A DNA stretch of 64,000 nucleotides, taken from Thermoplasmata archaeon (GTDB lineage Archaea > Thermoplasmatota > Thermoplasmata > Lutacidiplasmatales > UBA184). The notes below the pieces were generated by a model, which searched no databases, was not told where the DNA came from, and was given only the letters and a program-made list of their open reading frames with translations. Location of the stretch: assembly GCA_022750115.1 (NCBI GenBank), contig JAKIWI010000001.1, positions 83,490-147,489 on the forward strand, in the 5' to 3' direction. Every line of letters begins with the position of its first letter. Positions within the stretch are counted from its first letter, which is position 1. Below are positions 35,410 through 45,757 of the stretch, in pieces. A program made the position numbers and the translations under genes.

Positions 35410-36705
35410 TTGGCCGCAGATCGGTTCGCTCTGATCATCCTCGACGGACTCGGCGACCGCCCGCACCCGGCGACCGGGGGGGTCAGCCCGGTGGAGGCGG
35501 CGAGCACGCCGAATCTGGACCGGCTGGTGGCGCAAGGGTCGATCGGCCGCGTCACGGTCGTCGGTCCGGGAATCGCGCCCGAGTCGGACGCCGGTGTGTT
35601 CGCGCTCCTGGGCTACGACCCGGTGCACGACTCGCCCGGTCGCGGGGTGTTGGAGGCGCTGGGGGTCGGAGTGGACCTCGTTCCCGGGGACGTGGCGCTC
35701 CGGCTCAACTTCGCGACGGCCGACGGTTCCGGGGCGATCCTCGACTCCCGGGTCGGGAGGACTCTTACGACCGAACACTCGCGGGCGTTGGCCGAGGCGT
35801 TGACGCAAGCGGACCTGCTGGCCGATCAGGGGATCCGTGCCGAGGTCCGGGCCACCGTCGGTCACCGCGGCGTCCTGTGGCTCCATTCGATGGACGGGCG
35901 AGCGCTCTCGCCCGAAGTGTCGAATTCCGACCCGTACTACGAGCGAGTCGGCGGCATGGGGCGCGCTCGGATGCCGACCGACGCTCGACCGATTCCCGTG
36001 CGAGCCCTGGACGGCTCGGACGCGGCGAAACGGACGGCGGCGGCCATCGACCAGTGGCTCGCGCGCGCGGCCGCTCGACTCGCCGGGCACTCGGTCAACG
36101 CCCGCCGGGCCGTGGCGGGGCAGAAGGTCGCCAACACCATCCTGGTCCGCAACGCCGGTTCGCTTCCGAAGACGCCGCCCCTCTCGTTCGAGCAGAAGCA
36201 CGGTCTCCGCGGCGCAGCCGTCACGGAAATGCCGGTCGAACGAGGGATCGCCCGATGCCTCGGGCTTCAGGACCGGTTCGTGGGCCCGATGGGACGCGAC
36301 CGCGACGCCTCCTTGGCGGAGCGATCGGTCGTCACGCTCGACGCGCTCCGCGAGTCTCCGTTCGTCTACCTCCACCTGAAGGGGCCCGATGAGCCCGGCC
36401 ACGACGGCGACGCCCCGGCGAAGAAATCGGTCGTCGAAGCGCTGGACCGGTCGTTCTTTGGTCCCTTCCTCGCGGGTGTCGATTGGTCGCGGACCCGGGT
36501 CGCTGTGACGGCCGACCACGCCACGCCATGCTCGCTCAAGGGGCACGCCGACGACCCGGTTCCGTTCGTGCTGGCGGGGGCCGGCGTCGCTCCCTCTCCG
36601 CCGAGCGGGAAGTTCGGGGAGAGCCTCGCGGCTCGTGGGGCTCTGGGGGACCACCGGGGCGCCGAGGTGGTCGACCTGTTGCTCGGGCGCCCTGCCCGTT
36701 CATGA
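35410..36705 (+). CDS. apgM: 2,3-bisphosphoglycerate-independent phosphoglycerate mutase, archaeal type (aPGM)
   Basis: N-terminal RFALIILDGLGDRP metal-site motif. Resembles the archaeal iPGM/phosphopentomutase superfamily. TTG start inferred from the TATA position. Its stop overlaps the trm5 ATG. Confidence 0.8.
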   Translation: MAADRFALIILDGLGDRPHPATGGVSPVEAASTPNLDRLVAQGSIGRVTVVGPGIAPESDAGVFALLGYDPVHDSPGRGVLEALGVGVDLVPGDVALRLNFATADGSGAILDSRVGRTLTTEHSRALAEALTQADLLADQGIRAEVRATVGHRGVLWLHSMDGRALSPEVSNSDPYYERVGGMGRARMPTDARPIPVRALDGSDAAKRTAAAIDQWLARAAARLAGHSVNARRAVAGQKVANTILVRNAGSLPKTPPLSFEQKHGLRGAAVTEMPVERGIARCLGLQDRFVGPMGRDRDASLAERSVVTLDALRESPFVYLHLKGPDEPGHDGDAPAKKSVVEALDRSFFGPFLAGVDWSRTRVAVTADHATPCSLKGHADDPVPFVLAGAGVAPSPPSGKFGESLAARGALGDHRGAEVVDLLLGRPARS

Positions 36706-37724
36706 GGTCGCTCGGGGCCGTCGTCGCCCGAGCCGAGGCGGAGCGGGTCCGCCGCGCGCTCTCGGATTCCGGGGTGCTCCGGGGGGAGCTGGTGGTCGCC
36801 CGAGACGGCGACGAGGTGATTTTCCCGGTCTCCGGGCCGCCGATCGACCCGGTCCCCGGCGCCCGGTTCGAGGAGCGAGAATTCGTCGAGCGGACGCCGG
36901 CAGCCCCGTCGTCCTACCGGGATCTCGCCCAGGTTCCCGAAGAGCTGCGCGACTCTCTGCCGCGGTCGTTCGACGTCATCGGCGACATCGTGCTCGTTCG
37001 GATCCCCGACGAACTGCTTCCCCACTCGGTCGCCATCGGGGCCGCGCTGCTCGAGTTCGTCCCCGGAGCCCGCTTGGTCGGGCGCGACGGCGGGGTCCAC
37101 GGCGAATCGCGGCTCCGTCAGCTCGAACGGCTCGCCGGCTCCGGAGGATGGACGACGGTCCACCGGGAGAACGGCGTGCACTTGGAGACCGACCTCGAGC
37201 GCGCGTACTTTTCACCGCGGCTCGCGCGCGAACACGCCCGGGTCGCCGAGGAGGTGCGCTCCGGCGAGCGGGTCATCGACTTCGCGTGCGGGATCGCACC
37301 GTTCGGTGCCCACATCGTCCGCGACGGCCGGGCGCGCGAACTCGTCGCCGTCGACTCCAACCCGGCCGCCACGGAGCTCGCGCAGCGCAACCTCGCCAGC
37401 GCGGGTCCGGCCCGGCCGTGGCGGGTCCTGACCGACTCGATCGAGCGGTTCGCGCCCGTCGCAGGGACGTGCGAACGCGCGATCCTGAATCTCCCTCACG
37501 GAGGGGTTAAGTATCTACCCTCGGTCGGAGCGACGTTGGAGCGCGAGGGCACGCTCCACTACTACGAACGGACGGAGCGTTCGAGGCTCCGGAACCGTCC
37601 AGGGGAGCTCGTGCAGACCGTAGGGACGATCGTCCCGGGGACGTGGTCGGTGCCCGAGGTCCACGTGGTCCACCCCTACTCTCCGACCGAGGACATCGTC
37701 GCGTACCGGATCGTTCGAGGGTAG
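36702..37724 (+). CDS. trm5: tRNA (guanine37-N1)-methyltransferase Trm5 / TYW2 family (Met-10+ like)
   Basis: 340 aa with the class I MTase motif VIDFACGIAPFG and the NLP motif (AILNLPHGG) characteristic of the Trm5/Taw2 family. Confidence 0.75.
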   Translation: MRSLGAVVARAEAERVRRALSDSGVLRGELVVARDGDEVIFPVSGPPIDPVPGARFEEREFVERTPAAPSSYRDLAQVPEELRDSLPRSFDVIGDIVLVRIPDELLPHSVAIGAALLEFVPGARLVGRDGGVHGESRLRQLERLAGSGGWTTVHRENGVHLETDLERAYFSPRLAREHARVAEEVRSGERVIDFACGIAPFGAHIVRDGRARELVAVDSNPAATELAQRNLASAGPARPWRVLTDSIERFAPVAGTCERAILNLPHGGVKYLPSVGATLEREGTLHYYERTERSRLRNRPGELVQTVGTIVPGTWSVPEVHVVHPYSPTEDIVAYRIVRG

Positions 37725-37731
37725 GAGGACA

Positions 37732-40101
37732 ATGCCGCTCGTCGTGAACCTCGCCGACGTCTCCGACTCGGACCTCCCGCTCGTCGGCGGAAAGGCGAGC
37801 AAACTCGGCGAGGTCGTCCGGCAGGGGCTCCCAGTCCCCCCCGGGATCATCGTCACGACCGAGGCGTACCAGTCGTTCGTCGACCAGACTCCCGTGAAGG
37901 CGGAGCTCGCCGCCGCGCTGGCGACGATCGAACCGTCGCGCCCGGAGACGATCGAGGCGGCGTCGCGCCGGATCCGGGAATCGTTCGAGTCGACGCCATT
38001 CCCCCCGGACCTCCGGACCGCGATCGTCGCGAGCTTCGAGCGGTTCTCGGCGGACGAGGGCGTCCGGTTCGTCGCGGTCCGTTCGTCGGCCACGGCCGAG
38101 GACCTCGAAGGAGCGTCGTTCGCGGGTCTCCAGGAGACGTACCTCAACGTGCGGGGCACCGAAGCGGTGCTTGACGGGATCCGGCGCTGCTGGGGCTCGT
38201 TGTTCACGCCGCGGGTACTCGTTTACCGGGCGCGCAAGGGGTTCGACCACTCCGACGTGCGGCTCGCGGTCCTCATCCAGAAGATGGTCGACTCGGTCGT
38301 CAGCGGCATCCTGTTCACCCGCGACCCGAACACCGGGGAGAACCACATGATCATCGAGGCCGGGCTCGGCCTCGGAGAAGCGATCGTCGGGGGCGAGGTG
38401 ACCCCCGACCACTACGTCGTCGACGGCGCCTCGCACCGGATCGTCCACAAGCAGCTGAGCGAGCAGGCGTTCATGCTGGTCCGCAACGAGGAAGGGGGGA
38501 ACAAACGGGTCGACCTCCCGGAGGCGGACCGCCGCAAGCAGAAGCTCTCGGACGAGAAGATCCACCGGCTCGCGTCCCTCGCGCGCGTCATCGAATCTCA
38601 CTACCGCCGCCCGATGGACGTCGAGTGGTGCGCCGACGACCGGTCGATCTACGTCGTCCAGGCCCGGCCTGTCACGACGATCCCGCCGGCGAACGCTCCG
38701 GCCGCCGACGGCCGCGATGAGCGGGCGATGCCCCACACCACGGGCGCCCCCGCTTCGTCCAGCCCACCCTCGGAGCCGATCGTCCGCGGGTTCGGGGCGA
38801 GCCCCGGCGTCGCGGGCGGTACCGCACGGCTGCTTCGCACGTCGGCGGAGATGGACCACCTGAAGGCCGGCGAGGTGCTCGTCACGACGATGACGACGCC
38901 GGACATGGTTCCGGCGATGGCGCAGGCCGCCGCGATCGTCACCGACGAGGGCGGGATGACGTGCCATGCCGCGATCGTCTCGCGGGAGCTTGGCGTGCCC
39001 TGCGTCGTCGGGACGCGAGATGCGACGAAGCTCATCGCCGACGGCGAGCATATCAGCGTCGACGGAAAGACCGGCTCGGTCTACCGGGGCCTCGCGTTCG
39101 CGAAGGCCGCCGCGGCGGCCGCTCCGGCGGCTTCGTCGGGGTCGTCGGGAGGAGGAGACGGCGGCCACGGACACGTCCCGGTCACCGCGACCCGGATCTA
39201 CGTCAACGTCGGCGTGCCGGAGAAGGCCGCCGAGTACGCCCGACTCCCGGTGCAGGGCGTCGGCCTGATGCGAATCGAGTTCATCTTCACCGCCCACGTC
39301 CGTGACCACCCACTCGCGCTGCTGAAGCAGGGGAAGCACGACCAATTGGTCGAGCGCCTCGTCGAGGGGATCGCGAAGGTCTGCCAGGCGTTCCACCCGC
39401 GCCCGGTCATCATCCGGACGTCCGACTTCAAGACGAACGAGTACCGCGGCATGCCGGGCGGCGAGGAGTTCGAGCCGCACGAGGAGAACCCGATGATCGG
39501 CTGGCGGGGCTGCTCGCGCTACATCTCCCCGATCTACAAGCCCGCCTTCCTCTGCGAGCTCGAGGCGATCGAGAAGGTCCGCTCCCAGAAGGGCCTGAAG
39601 AACGCGATGGTCATGCTGCCGTTCGTTCGCAACACTTGGGAGCTCGAGGAGATCGCCGGGATGATGCGGGACAAGGGTCTCCGAAGGTCGCGGGACTTCC
39701 AGCTGTACCTGATGGCCGAGGTTCCTTCGACGGTCCTCCTCGCGCGCGAGTTCTCCGCCCACTGCGACGGCTTCTCGATCGGGTCGAACGACCTCACGCA
39801 GCTCGTCCTCGGCGCCGACCGCGACTCCGAGACCCTCGGGCGCATGGGGTATTTCGACGAGCGCGACCCCGCCGTCAAGCGGGCCATCGAGATGCTGATC
39901 GACGGCGCCCACGCCGAGGGGCGGACGGTCGGGATCTGCGGCCAAGGTCCCAGCGTCTACCCCGAGTTCGCCGAGTTCCTCGTCCGGCGCGGCATCGACT
40001 CGATCAGCCTGAACGCCGACACGGTTGTGCCGACGATCCGCACGATCGCCTCCCTCGAGCAACGCCTGAAGCTCGACGGGGTCCGACGCGGCGCGGCCTG
40101 A
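37732..40101 (+). CDS. ppsA: phosphoenolpyruvate synthase (pyruvate, water dikinase)
   Basis: 789 aa. N-terminal ATP-grasp region (LVGGKASKLGE). Central phosphohistidine domain (..GGMTCHAAIVSRELGVPCVVG..). C-terminal PEP-utilising TIM barrel. It carries an Ala/Ser/Gly-rich linker insertion around 39090..39180. Confidence 0.9.
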   Translation: MPLVVNLADVSDSDLPLVGGKASKLGEVVRQGLPVPPGIIVTTEAYQSFVDQTPVKAELAAALATIEPSRPETIEAASRRIRESFESTPFPPDLRTAIVASFERFSADEGVRFVAVRSSATAEDLEGASFAGLQETYLNVRGTEAVLDGIRRCWGSLFTPRVLVYRARKGFDHSDVRLAVLIQKMVDSVVSGILFTRDPNTGENHMIIEAGLGLGEAIVGGEVTPDHYVVDGASHRIVHKQLSEQAFMLVRNEEGGNKRVDLPEADRRKQKLSDEKIHRLASLARVIESHYRRPMDVEWCADDRSIYVVQARPVTTIPPANAPAADGRDERAMPHTTGAPASSSPPSEPIVRGFGASPGVAGGTARLLRTSAEMDHLKAGEVLVTTMTTPDMVPAMAQAAAIVTDEGGMTCHAAIVSRELGVPCVVGTRDATKLIADGEHISVDGKTGSVYRGLAFAKAAAAAAPAASSGSSGGGDGGHGHVPVTATRIYVNVGVPEKAAEYARLPVQGVGLMRIEFIFTAHVRDHPLALLKQGKHDQLVERLVEGIAKVCQAFHPRPVIIRTSDFKTNEYRGMPGGEEFEPHEENPMIGWRGCSRYISPIYKPAFLCELEAIEKVRSQKGLKNAMVMLPFVRNTWELEEIAGMMRDKGLRRSRDFQLYLMAEVPSTVLLAREFSAHCDGFSIGSNDLTQLVLGADRDSETLGRMGYFDERDPAVKRAIEMLIDGAHAEGRTVGICGQGPSVYPEFAEFLVRRGIDSISLNADTVVPTIRTIASLEQRLKLDGVRRGAA

Positions 40102-40177
40102 ACGACGCCCAACTTCGCGCGATCCCCTTCGGGATCGATCCTGCCGCCCTCCCGGAGGCGTCCTCGGCCTGCGGATA

Positions 40178-41038
40178 TTACGGAGTGCCGGGGGACGGAG
40201 CCCGCGGCGGGCGCCACCGCGCCGGTTGGGCCGGGCCAGGGTCCGGCATCGTCAGCTGGGCGTCGGCAGCGAGCTCGTACTCGACGTACCGCCGAAGAGG
40301 AACGAATCCCGACCGAGTCAACTGGGACTCGAGCGAGACCCGGTCGGACGCCACGACGACCGCCCCCATCTCCTGGGTCTCCGGGAGGCGGAGGGCGAGA
40401 CTGAGGAGGGACGACAGGACGCCCGCGGCGTGGGACCCCGGCCGGGCGGCGAGGCCGTGCAGCGAGGCGACCGCGTCCCGGACCAGAACGACGATGCTGC
40501 CGACCGACTCCCCCTCACTCTCCGCGAGGAGCGGGATCAGCCGTTCCTCAGGAGTTGGGCGGGACCAGGCGACCTCCAAGGCCCGACGAAGTTCCGCGCG
40601 ATGGGGGCCGTCCGTCCAGAATCCCAACACCAGGTCCAACTCCTCGGGCTCGGCTCGCCGGACCTCGATACCGGACGCCGGTTCCTCTCCCGAACGCGGT
40701 CGGCTCCAGAGGAGGGTATGGGGCTCGGGGCGCGGATGGAACGCCAATCCACGCACCGTCTTGTCAACGTACTCGGGAACCGGCCAGGCAACGCGGATGG
40801 AGGGGCGGAGCGCCCGTTGGAAGTAATGGTCGAGCGCGCGCTCGAAGATCGCGGTCTGGCGGTCCGCGCCGACACGACCGACGGAGATGAAGTTGAACCG
40901 GGGAACCGGGATCCGCTCGTGCGTGACCAGCGACGCGCCCGAGATCTCGAGCGAGTAGCCGCCGGTCGCGAGAACGAACGCCCGTTCGGTGCCGACCGCA
41001 CGGTCCCTGAGCGTGTCGAGCGGCGGCTCACCGTCCAC
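40178..41038 (-). CDS. hypothetical protein
   Basis: 286 aa with a GTG start. A GAATAATA TATA-like element lies about 24 nt upstream, on the minus strand at 41059..41068. No confident family assignment; it may be acetyltransferase-like. Confidence 0.35.
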   Translation of the reverse strand: MDGEPPLDTLRDRAVGTERAFVLATGGYSLEISGASLVTHERIPVPRFNFISVGRVGADRQTAIFERALDHYFQRALRPSIRVAWPVPEYVDKTVRGLAFHPRPEPHTLLWSRPRSGEEPASGIEVRRAEPEELDLVLGFWTDGPHRAELRRALEVAWSRPTPEERLIPLLAESEGESVGSIVVLVRDAVASLHGLAARPGSHAAGVLSSLLSLALRLPETQEMGAVVVASDRVSLESQLTRSGFVPLRRYVEYELAADAQLTMPDPGPAQPARWRPPRAPSPGTP

Positions 41039-41269
41039 GTGCGGGCGGAGGCCTTAGGGTATTATTCGCGTCCCCCCACACCGGGCCGTGCCGCGAGGGG
41101 GGTGAGCCGCACGACGTTGCCGCCTCCGCGGCGATCGCCTGGTTGGCGGGGTCGTTGGCTCTCGGCTATGAGTTCACGCTGGCCAGTCGGCCGCCCGACG
41201 AACGATTAATACCAAGGGTCGACTCCCGCGGCTCTCGGGGGCAGATCGCCCCCAAGTTGAGGGGCATCG

Positions 41270-43177
41270 ATGGGGAAGGTCGGAATCGTTCCGCCCGCGA
41301 TCGTCGCCGTCCTCGGCGCGGGCAACATGGGGAGCGGCATCGCGCAGGCGTGCGCGCAGGCCGGCTACCGGGTCCGCCTGCGCGACCTCAACGATGCGAT
41401 GCTCGCGCGCGGCCGCTCGCTGATCGAGAAGACCCTCGATGGCGCGATCCAGCGCAAGAAGTCCACCCCGGCGAAGAAGGCCGAGGTGCTGGCGCGCATC
41501 GAGTTCACGACCGACGTCGCCACCGCGGTGAAGGGCGCCGCCCTCGTCGTCGAGGCGGTGTTCGAGGAGGAGGCGGTCAAGCGCGCACTGTTTGCCGAGG
41601 TCGCCCCGCACGTCGACGCGACCGCGATCGTGGCCACGAACACCTCCTCGCTGTCCGTCACGCGCCTCGCGGAGGGATTCCCGGACCCGAGCCGTTTCGC
41701 CGGCCTCCACTTCTTTTTCCCGGCCGCCGTGAACAAGCTCCTCGAGGTGATCGGCGGCGCCGACACGAGCGAGGAGACGCTTCAGAACCTCGAGCGGTTC
41801 GCCTACCGGATCAAGAAGGTCCCGATCCGCGTGAAGGACGCGGCGGGGTTCGCCGTCAACCGCTACTTCGTTCCGTACCTCAACGAGGCCGCTCGCATGG
41901 CCGGCGACGGCGTTGCCTCGCTCGCCACGATCGAAGAGGTCGGCCGGGAGGTGTTCGGGACAACGCTCGGCCCGTTCGAGCTGATGAACGTCACCGGGAT
42001 CCCGATCGCCCACCACTCGATGGGCTCGCTGGAAGCGGCGTTCGGCCGCGCCTACTCGGCCTCCCCCGGCCTCGTCCAGCAGTTCGAGAAGGGCCAGCCG
42101 TGGCCCTGGAAGGACACGGTCGTCGAGCCCGACAAGAAGGGCATCGTCCGCGACCGGTTCCTGGGCCTAGTCCTGGGGATCGCTACCCGGCTCGTCGAAG
42201 AGGGCGTCGCGACGCCCGAGGCAACCGACCGCGGCGCAGTCGTCGGGCTGCGATGGAAGCGGGGCCCCTTCGCGATCCTCAACGAGATGGGACTGCGGCC
42301 GGCGGTCGTCACCGTCGAGGTGTACGCGGCCCAATGGGGGGACGCGTTCCCCGTCTCGCGGGACCTCACCGACCGCGCTCAGCGCGGGGAAAAGTCATGG
42401 ACGTTACGGCTCGTCCGGATCGAGCGGAATGGTCCAGTGGCCTGGGTACTCCTGGACAGGCCCGAGGCGTTGAACTCGCTCAACTCGACCGTCCTCGGGC
42501 AGCTCGACGCCGCGTTCCTCGAGCTCGAGGGCGACCGGGAGATTCGCTGCGTGGTCCTCGCGGGCGCGTCGCCGGTGTTCGCGGCCGGCGCCGACATCGC
42601 AGAGATGGCGAAGAAGGACCTCGCCGACGGCCGCGCGTTCGGCTTCGTCGGTCAGGCCGTCTGCAAACGGATCGAGGAGTTCCGAGCACCCGTCATCGCC
42701 CTCGTCGAAGGATACGCCCTCGGCGGGGGGCTCGAGATCGCGCTCTCGGCGGACTTTATCGTCGCGGCGGACGGGGCGCAGCTCGGGCTCCCGGAGACGA
42801 CCGTCGGGATCCACCCGGGGTTTGGCGGCGCGAGCCGGCTCACCCGCCTGATCGGTCGTGCCCGCACGAAGCTCCTCATCTTCACCGGCGTGCCCGTGAG
42901 CGCCGAAGAGGCGGCCCGGCTCGGGTTCGTCGTACGCGTCTACCCGGCCGACCGGGCTCGGGAGGAGGTGGCCGCGCTCGCGGCGACGATCGCGGAGCGC
43001 GCGCCGCTCGCGATCTCGTGGGCCAAGGCGGTCGTGAATCGCGGCGAGGACTCGACTCTCGATGCCGCGCTCCGCCTCGAGGGCGAGTCGGCCGGCCACA
43101 CCTTCGGGACGTCCGACCGGACCGAGGGGATGAACGCGTTCCTCGAACGACGCAAGCCCAAGTTCGAGGGGCGTTAG
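41270..43177 (+). CDS. bifunctional 3-hydroxyacyl-CoA dehydrogenase / enoyl-CoA hydratase (dehydrogenase N-terminal, crotonase C-terminal)
   Basis: N-terminal Rossmann motif VAVLGAGNMGSGIA. C-terminal crotonase region (..VVLAGASPVFAAGADIAEM..). 635 aa. Confidence 0.85.
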   Translation: MGKVGIVPPAIVAVLGAGNMGSGIAQACAQAGYRVRLRDLNDAMLARGRSLIEKTLDGAIQRKKSTPAKKAEVLARIEFTTDVATAVKGAALVVEAVFEEEAVKRALFAEVAPHVDATAIVATNTSSLSVTRLAEGFPDPSRFAGLHFFFPAAVNKLLEVIGGADTSEETLQNLERFAYRIKKVPIRVKDAAGFAVNRYFVPYLNEAARMAGDGVASLATIEEVGREVFGTTLGPFELMNVTGIPIAHHSMGSLEAAFGRAYSASPGLVQQFEKGQPWPWKDTVVEPDKKGIVRDRFLGLVLGIATRLVEEGVATPEATDRGAVVGLRWKRGPFAILNEMGLRPAVVTVEVYAAQWGDAFPVSRDLTDRAQRGEKSWTLRLVRIERNGPVAWVLLDRPEALNSLNSTVLGQLDAAFLELEGDREIRCVVLAGASPVFAAGADIAEMAKKDLADGRAFGFVGQAVCKRIEEFRAPVIALVEGYALGGGLEIALSADFIVAADGAQLGLPETTVGIHPGFGGASRLTRLIGRARTKLLIFTGVPVSAEEAARLGFVVRVYPADRAREEVAALAATIAERAPLAISWAKAVVNRGEDSTLDAALRLEGESAGHTFGTSDRTEGMNAFLERRKPKFEGR

Positions 43178-44328
43178 CTCCGCTTCCCAGCCGCGCTCCG
43201 CGGCCAGAGGTGGGCGGCGGCGACCCGCGACAAGACCTCGCTCGGGCCATGCGCGATCGCGCCGCTGCGGACGTCGCGGAACCGTCGCTCGTGGGGGAGT
43301 CCCCCCGAGTATCCACGGCCGCCGTGGAACTGGATCGCATGGTCGATCGCGCGCAACGCGACCTCGACTGCCATGTTCTTCGCGAGCGCTGCCTCGGCCG
43401 CGACGTCTTCGCCGACCTCGAGCCGGGCCAGTCCGCGCTCGACGTAGAGCCACGTCGAGTCGAGACGCGCCCAATCGTCGGCGAGCGGAAACGAAACGGA
43501 CTGCTGGGCCGAGAGCGGGCGACCGAACGCCTCGCGCTCGCCGACGTGGTCGACGGTTTCCTCGAAGGAGGCCCGGCCGACCCCGAGGTAGATCGCCGCG
43601 AGGAGCAGACGCTCGCGCGTCAGCTCACCCTTCAGCGCCTCGAACGCCCCGCCCTCCGGACCGAGTCGGGCCGAGGCGGGCAGGTGGACCGACGTGTAGC
43701 GGACCGTGCCACGTCGCATCCAACGCTCCCCGAGGTCTGGGGGAGCGACCGACCGCTCGATGCCGTCGAGGTCTTGTGGGACCAAGAACGCGGACACTTG
43801 CGGACCGTCGGTCTTCGCGTACACGATCGCCTCGTCGGCGTCGGCCGCGAAGGCCGCCTCGGACTTGGTTCCGTCGAGGACGAAGCCGTCTCCTTCGGCT
43901 CGGGCCGTCGCCGACAGGGCGGCGGCGTCGGAGCCCGCCGACGGCTCGGTGATGTGATTGCCGACGAGCCGGCGACCCTCGGTGAGGGGACGGAACGATC
44001 GCTCGCGCTGCTCGGCCGACCCAAATTCGGCAAGAAGTTGGCAGAACTCCGGCTGCAGGGAGAGCTTCGCGAACGTCGTCCCGCTCCGATAGGCGACTGC
44101 ATGGAGGCCGACGGCGGCATCGAGCAGGGGGAGGCCCCGGCCCCCGAGGGCCACTGGCGTTCGGAGAGCGAGCATGTGACGCTCGCCGAGCGCACGGAAC
44201 TCTTCGCGGGGAAACCGGGGGCTTCGGTCGAGCTCGACCGCCTGCTCCGCCAGATGAAGCTCCGCGACCGCCGCCTCCACCTCGTCGACGATGGGCCGGC
44301 GCGGCACCGCGGAAGATGGACGTGCCAT
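43174..44328 (-). CDS. acyl-CoA dehydrogenase
   Basis: Start moved to the internal Met (MARPSSAV..). ACAD fold with FAD/substrate motifs (..ITEPSAGSDAAAL.., ..QFHGGRGY..). Confidence 0.75.
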   Translation of the reverse strand: MARPSSAVPRRPIVDEVEAAVAELHLAEQAVELDRSPRFPREEFRALGERHMLALRTPVALGGRGLPLLDAAVGLHAVAYRSGTTFAKLSLQPEFCQLLAEFGSAEQRERSFRPLTEGRRLVGNHITEPSAGSDAAALSATARAEGDGFVLDGTKSEAAFAADADEAIVYAKTDGPQVSAFLVPQDLDGIERSVAPPDLGERWMRRGTVRYTSVHLPASARLGPEGGAFEALKGELTRERLLLAAIYLGVGRASFEETVDHVGEREAFGRPLSAQQSVSFPLADDWARLDSTWLYVERGLARLEVGEDVAAEAALAKNMAVEVALRAIDHAIQFHGGRGYSGGLPHERRFRDVRSGAIAHGPSEVLSRVAAAHLWPRSAAGKRS

Positions 44329-44335
44329 CGGACTT

Positions 44336-45631
44336 CTAGGCTCCTTCGGGCGAACGGGCAACCGCTGGCGGGCACTCCCCGATGACGCCGGCAGCTCGCA
44401 GTCGCCCGATCCGGTCCGCGGGGTAGCCGAGGAGCCCCCCGAGGACGGCGTCGTTGTCCTGTCCCAGCCACGGGGCCCCTCGCCAAACCTTTCCCGGCGT
44501 GGCGGAGAATCGAGGCGCGATACCGGCCCCCCGAACTTTGCCCGCGATCGGGTCCATCCACTCGGCGAACATGTCGCGCGCCTTGTAGTGGGGATCTCGC
44601 GCAATTTGTGAAATGTCGAGGACCCGGGCGATGGCGAGATCGTGCTGCCTGGCGAGCGCTTCGAGCTCTTCCCCGCTGCGCGTGCGGCAGAACTCGGCGA
44701 TCGCGCGATCGACCTCCGCGCGGTGCTCGCGTCGGTAGCCCGGATCCTGCCACTCCTTGGGTACGGGCCCCATCACGGAGGCGAGCCGCGTCCAGGCGGA
44801 ATCCGTCGGCGCGGCCACGACGACCCAGCCGTCGCGCGCCGCGTGAACGTCATACGGGTGGAGCCTCGGATGCGCGGTCCCGTGACGTCCGCGTACCACC
44901 CCCCGCGCGAAGTAGTCGAGCGCCAGGTTCTCGAGGAGAATGAAGAACATCTCGTACTGCGCCACGTCGACGGCTTGGCCCTCTCCTGTGCGGGTTGCGT
45001 GGACGTAGGCCATCAGCGCGGCCGTGGCCGCGCCGAGCCCGGTCACGGTGTCGTTCAGGGCTGTGCCGGACCGCATGGGCGGATCCGGGTCGGGTCGCCC
45101 CTGCAGCGATAGGTAGCCGCTGAACGCCTGGCCGATCAGGTCGTAGGACGGGGCGCCGATCCTCTCTGGGTCCCCCGACTGGCCGAACCCCGAGACGTGG
45201 ACGATGACCAATTTGGGATTCGCCTCCCACGCGACGCGATCGCCCAGCCCGAGCCGGTCGTACGTCCCCGGCCGGGACGACTCGATCCAGATGTCCGATC
45301 GAGCGAGCAGGTCGAGGAACGCGCTCCGACCCTCCGGCGTCCGAATGTCGAGTCCGATCGAGAGCTTGTTGCGGGAGTACTGGACCCACGACTCCGAGAC
45401 GCCCGTCGCGGCGTCGGCTCCCGGGGGCAAGAGCGGGAACAGCGTCCGCGTAGGATCCGCGTACGGAGGGGCGAACGGCGGGCCCTCGACGTGGATCACC
45501 TCGGCACCGAACTCCCCCAGGTACGTCGCCGCCCAGGGACCCGCCACGAACCGCGCCGAATCGACGACGCGCACTCCCGCGAGCGGCCCGAACGGCGGCA
45601 CGACCGGCGATGGGGCATCCCGACGTTCCAC
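44336..45631 (-). CDS. CoA-transferase family III (CaiB/BaiF-like)
   Basis: 431 aa with the family III N-terminal region (..LAGVRVVDSARFVAGPWAATYLGEFGAEVIHVE..). Confidence 0.8.
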   Translation of the reverse strand: MERRDAPSPVVPPFGPLAGVRVVDSARFVAGPWAATYLGEFGAEVIHVEGPPFAPPYADPTRTLFPLLPPGADAATGVSESWVQYSRNKLSIGLDIRTPEGRSAFLDLLARSDIWIESSRPGTYDRLGLGDRVAWEANPKLVIVHVSGFGQSGDPERIGAPSYDLIGQAFSGYLSLQGRPDPDPPMRSGTALNDTVTGLGAATAALMAYVHATRTGEGQAVDVAQYEMFFILLENLALDYFARGVVRGRHGTAHPRLHPYDVHAARDGWVVVAAPTDSAWTRLASVMGPVPKEWQDPGYRREHRAEVDRAIAEFCRTRSGEELEALARQHDLAIARVLDISQIARDPHYKARDMFAEWMDPIAGKVRGAGIAPRFSATPGKVWRGAPWLGQDNDAVLGGLLGYPADRIGRLRAAGVIGECPPAVARSPEGA

Positions 45632-45757
45632 CGTCGAGATTCGGGTCGTTCGAGATTAACTCGGGAGGTTCACATCATAACCGCCCAAGACCGCGCCTGC
45701 GCGGCGGAGACGTCCGCCCAGAGCGATATCTAGCTCCGAGCGCGTGAGCGATTTCGC

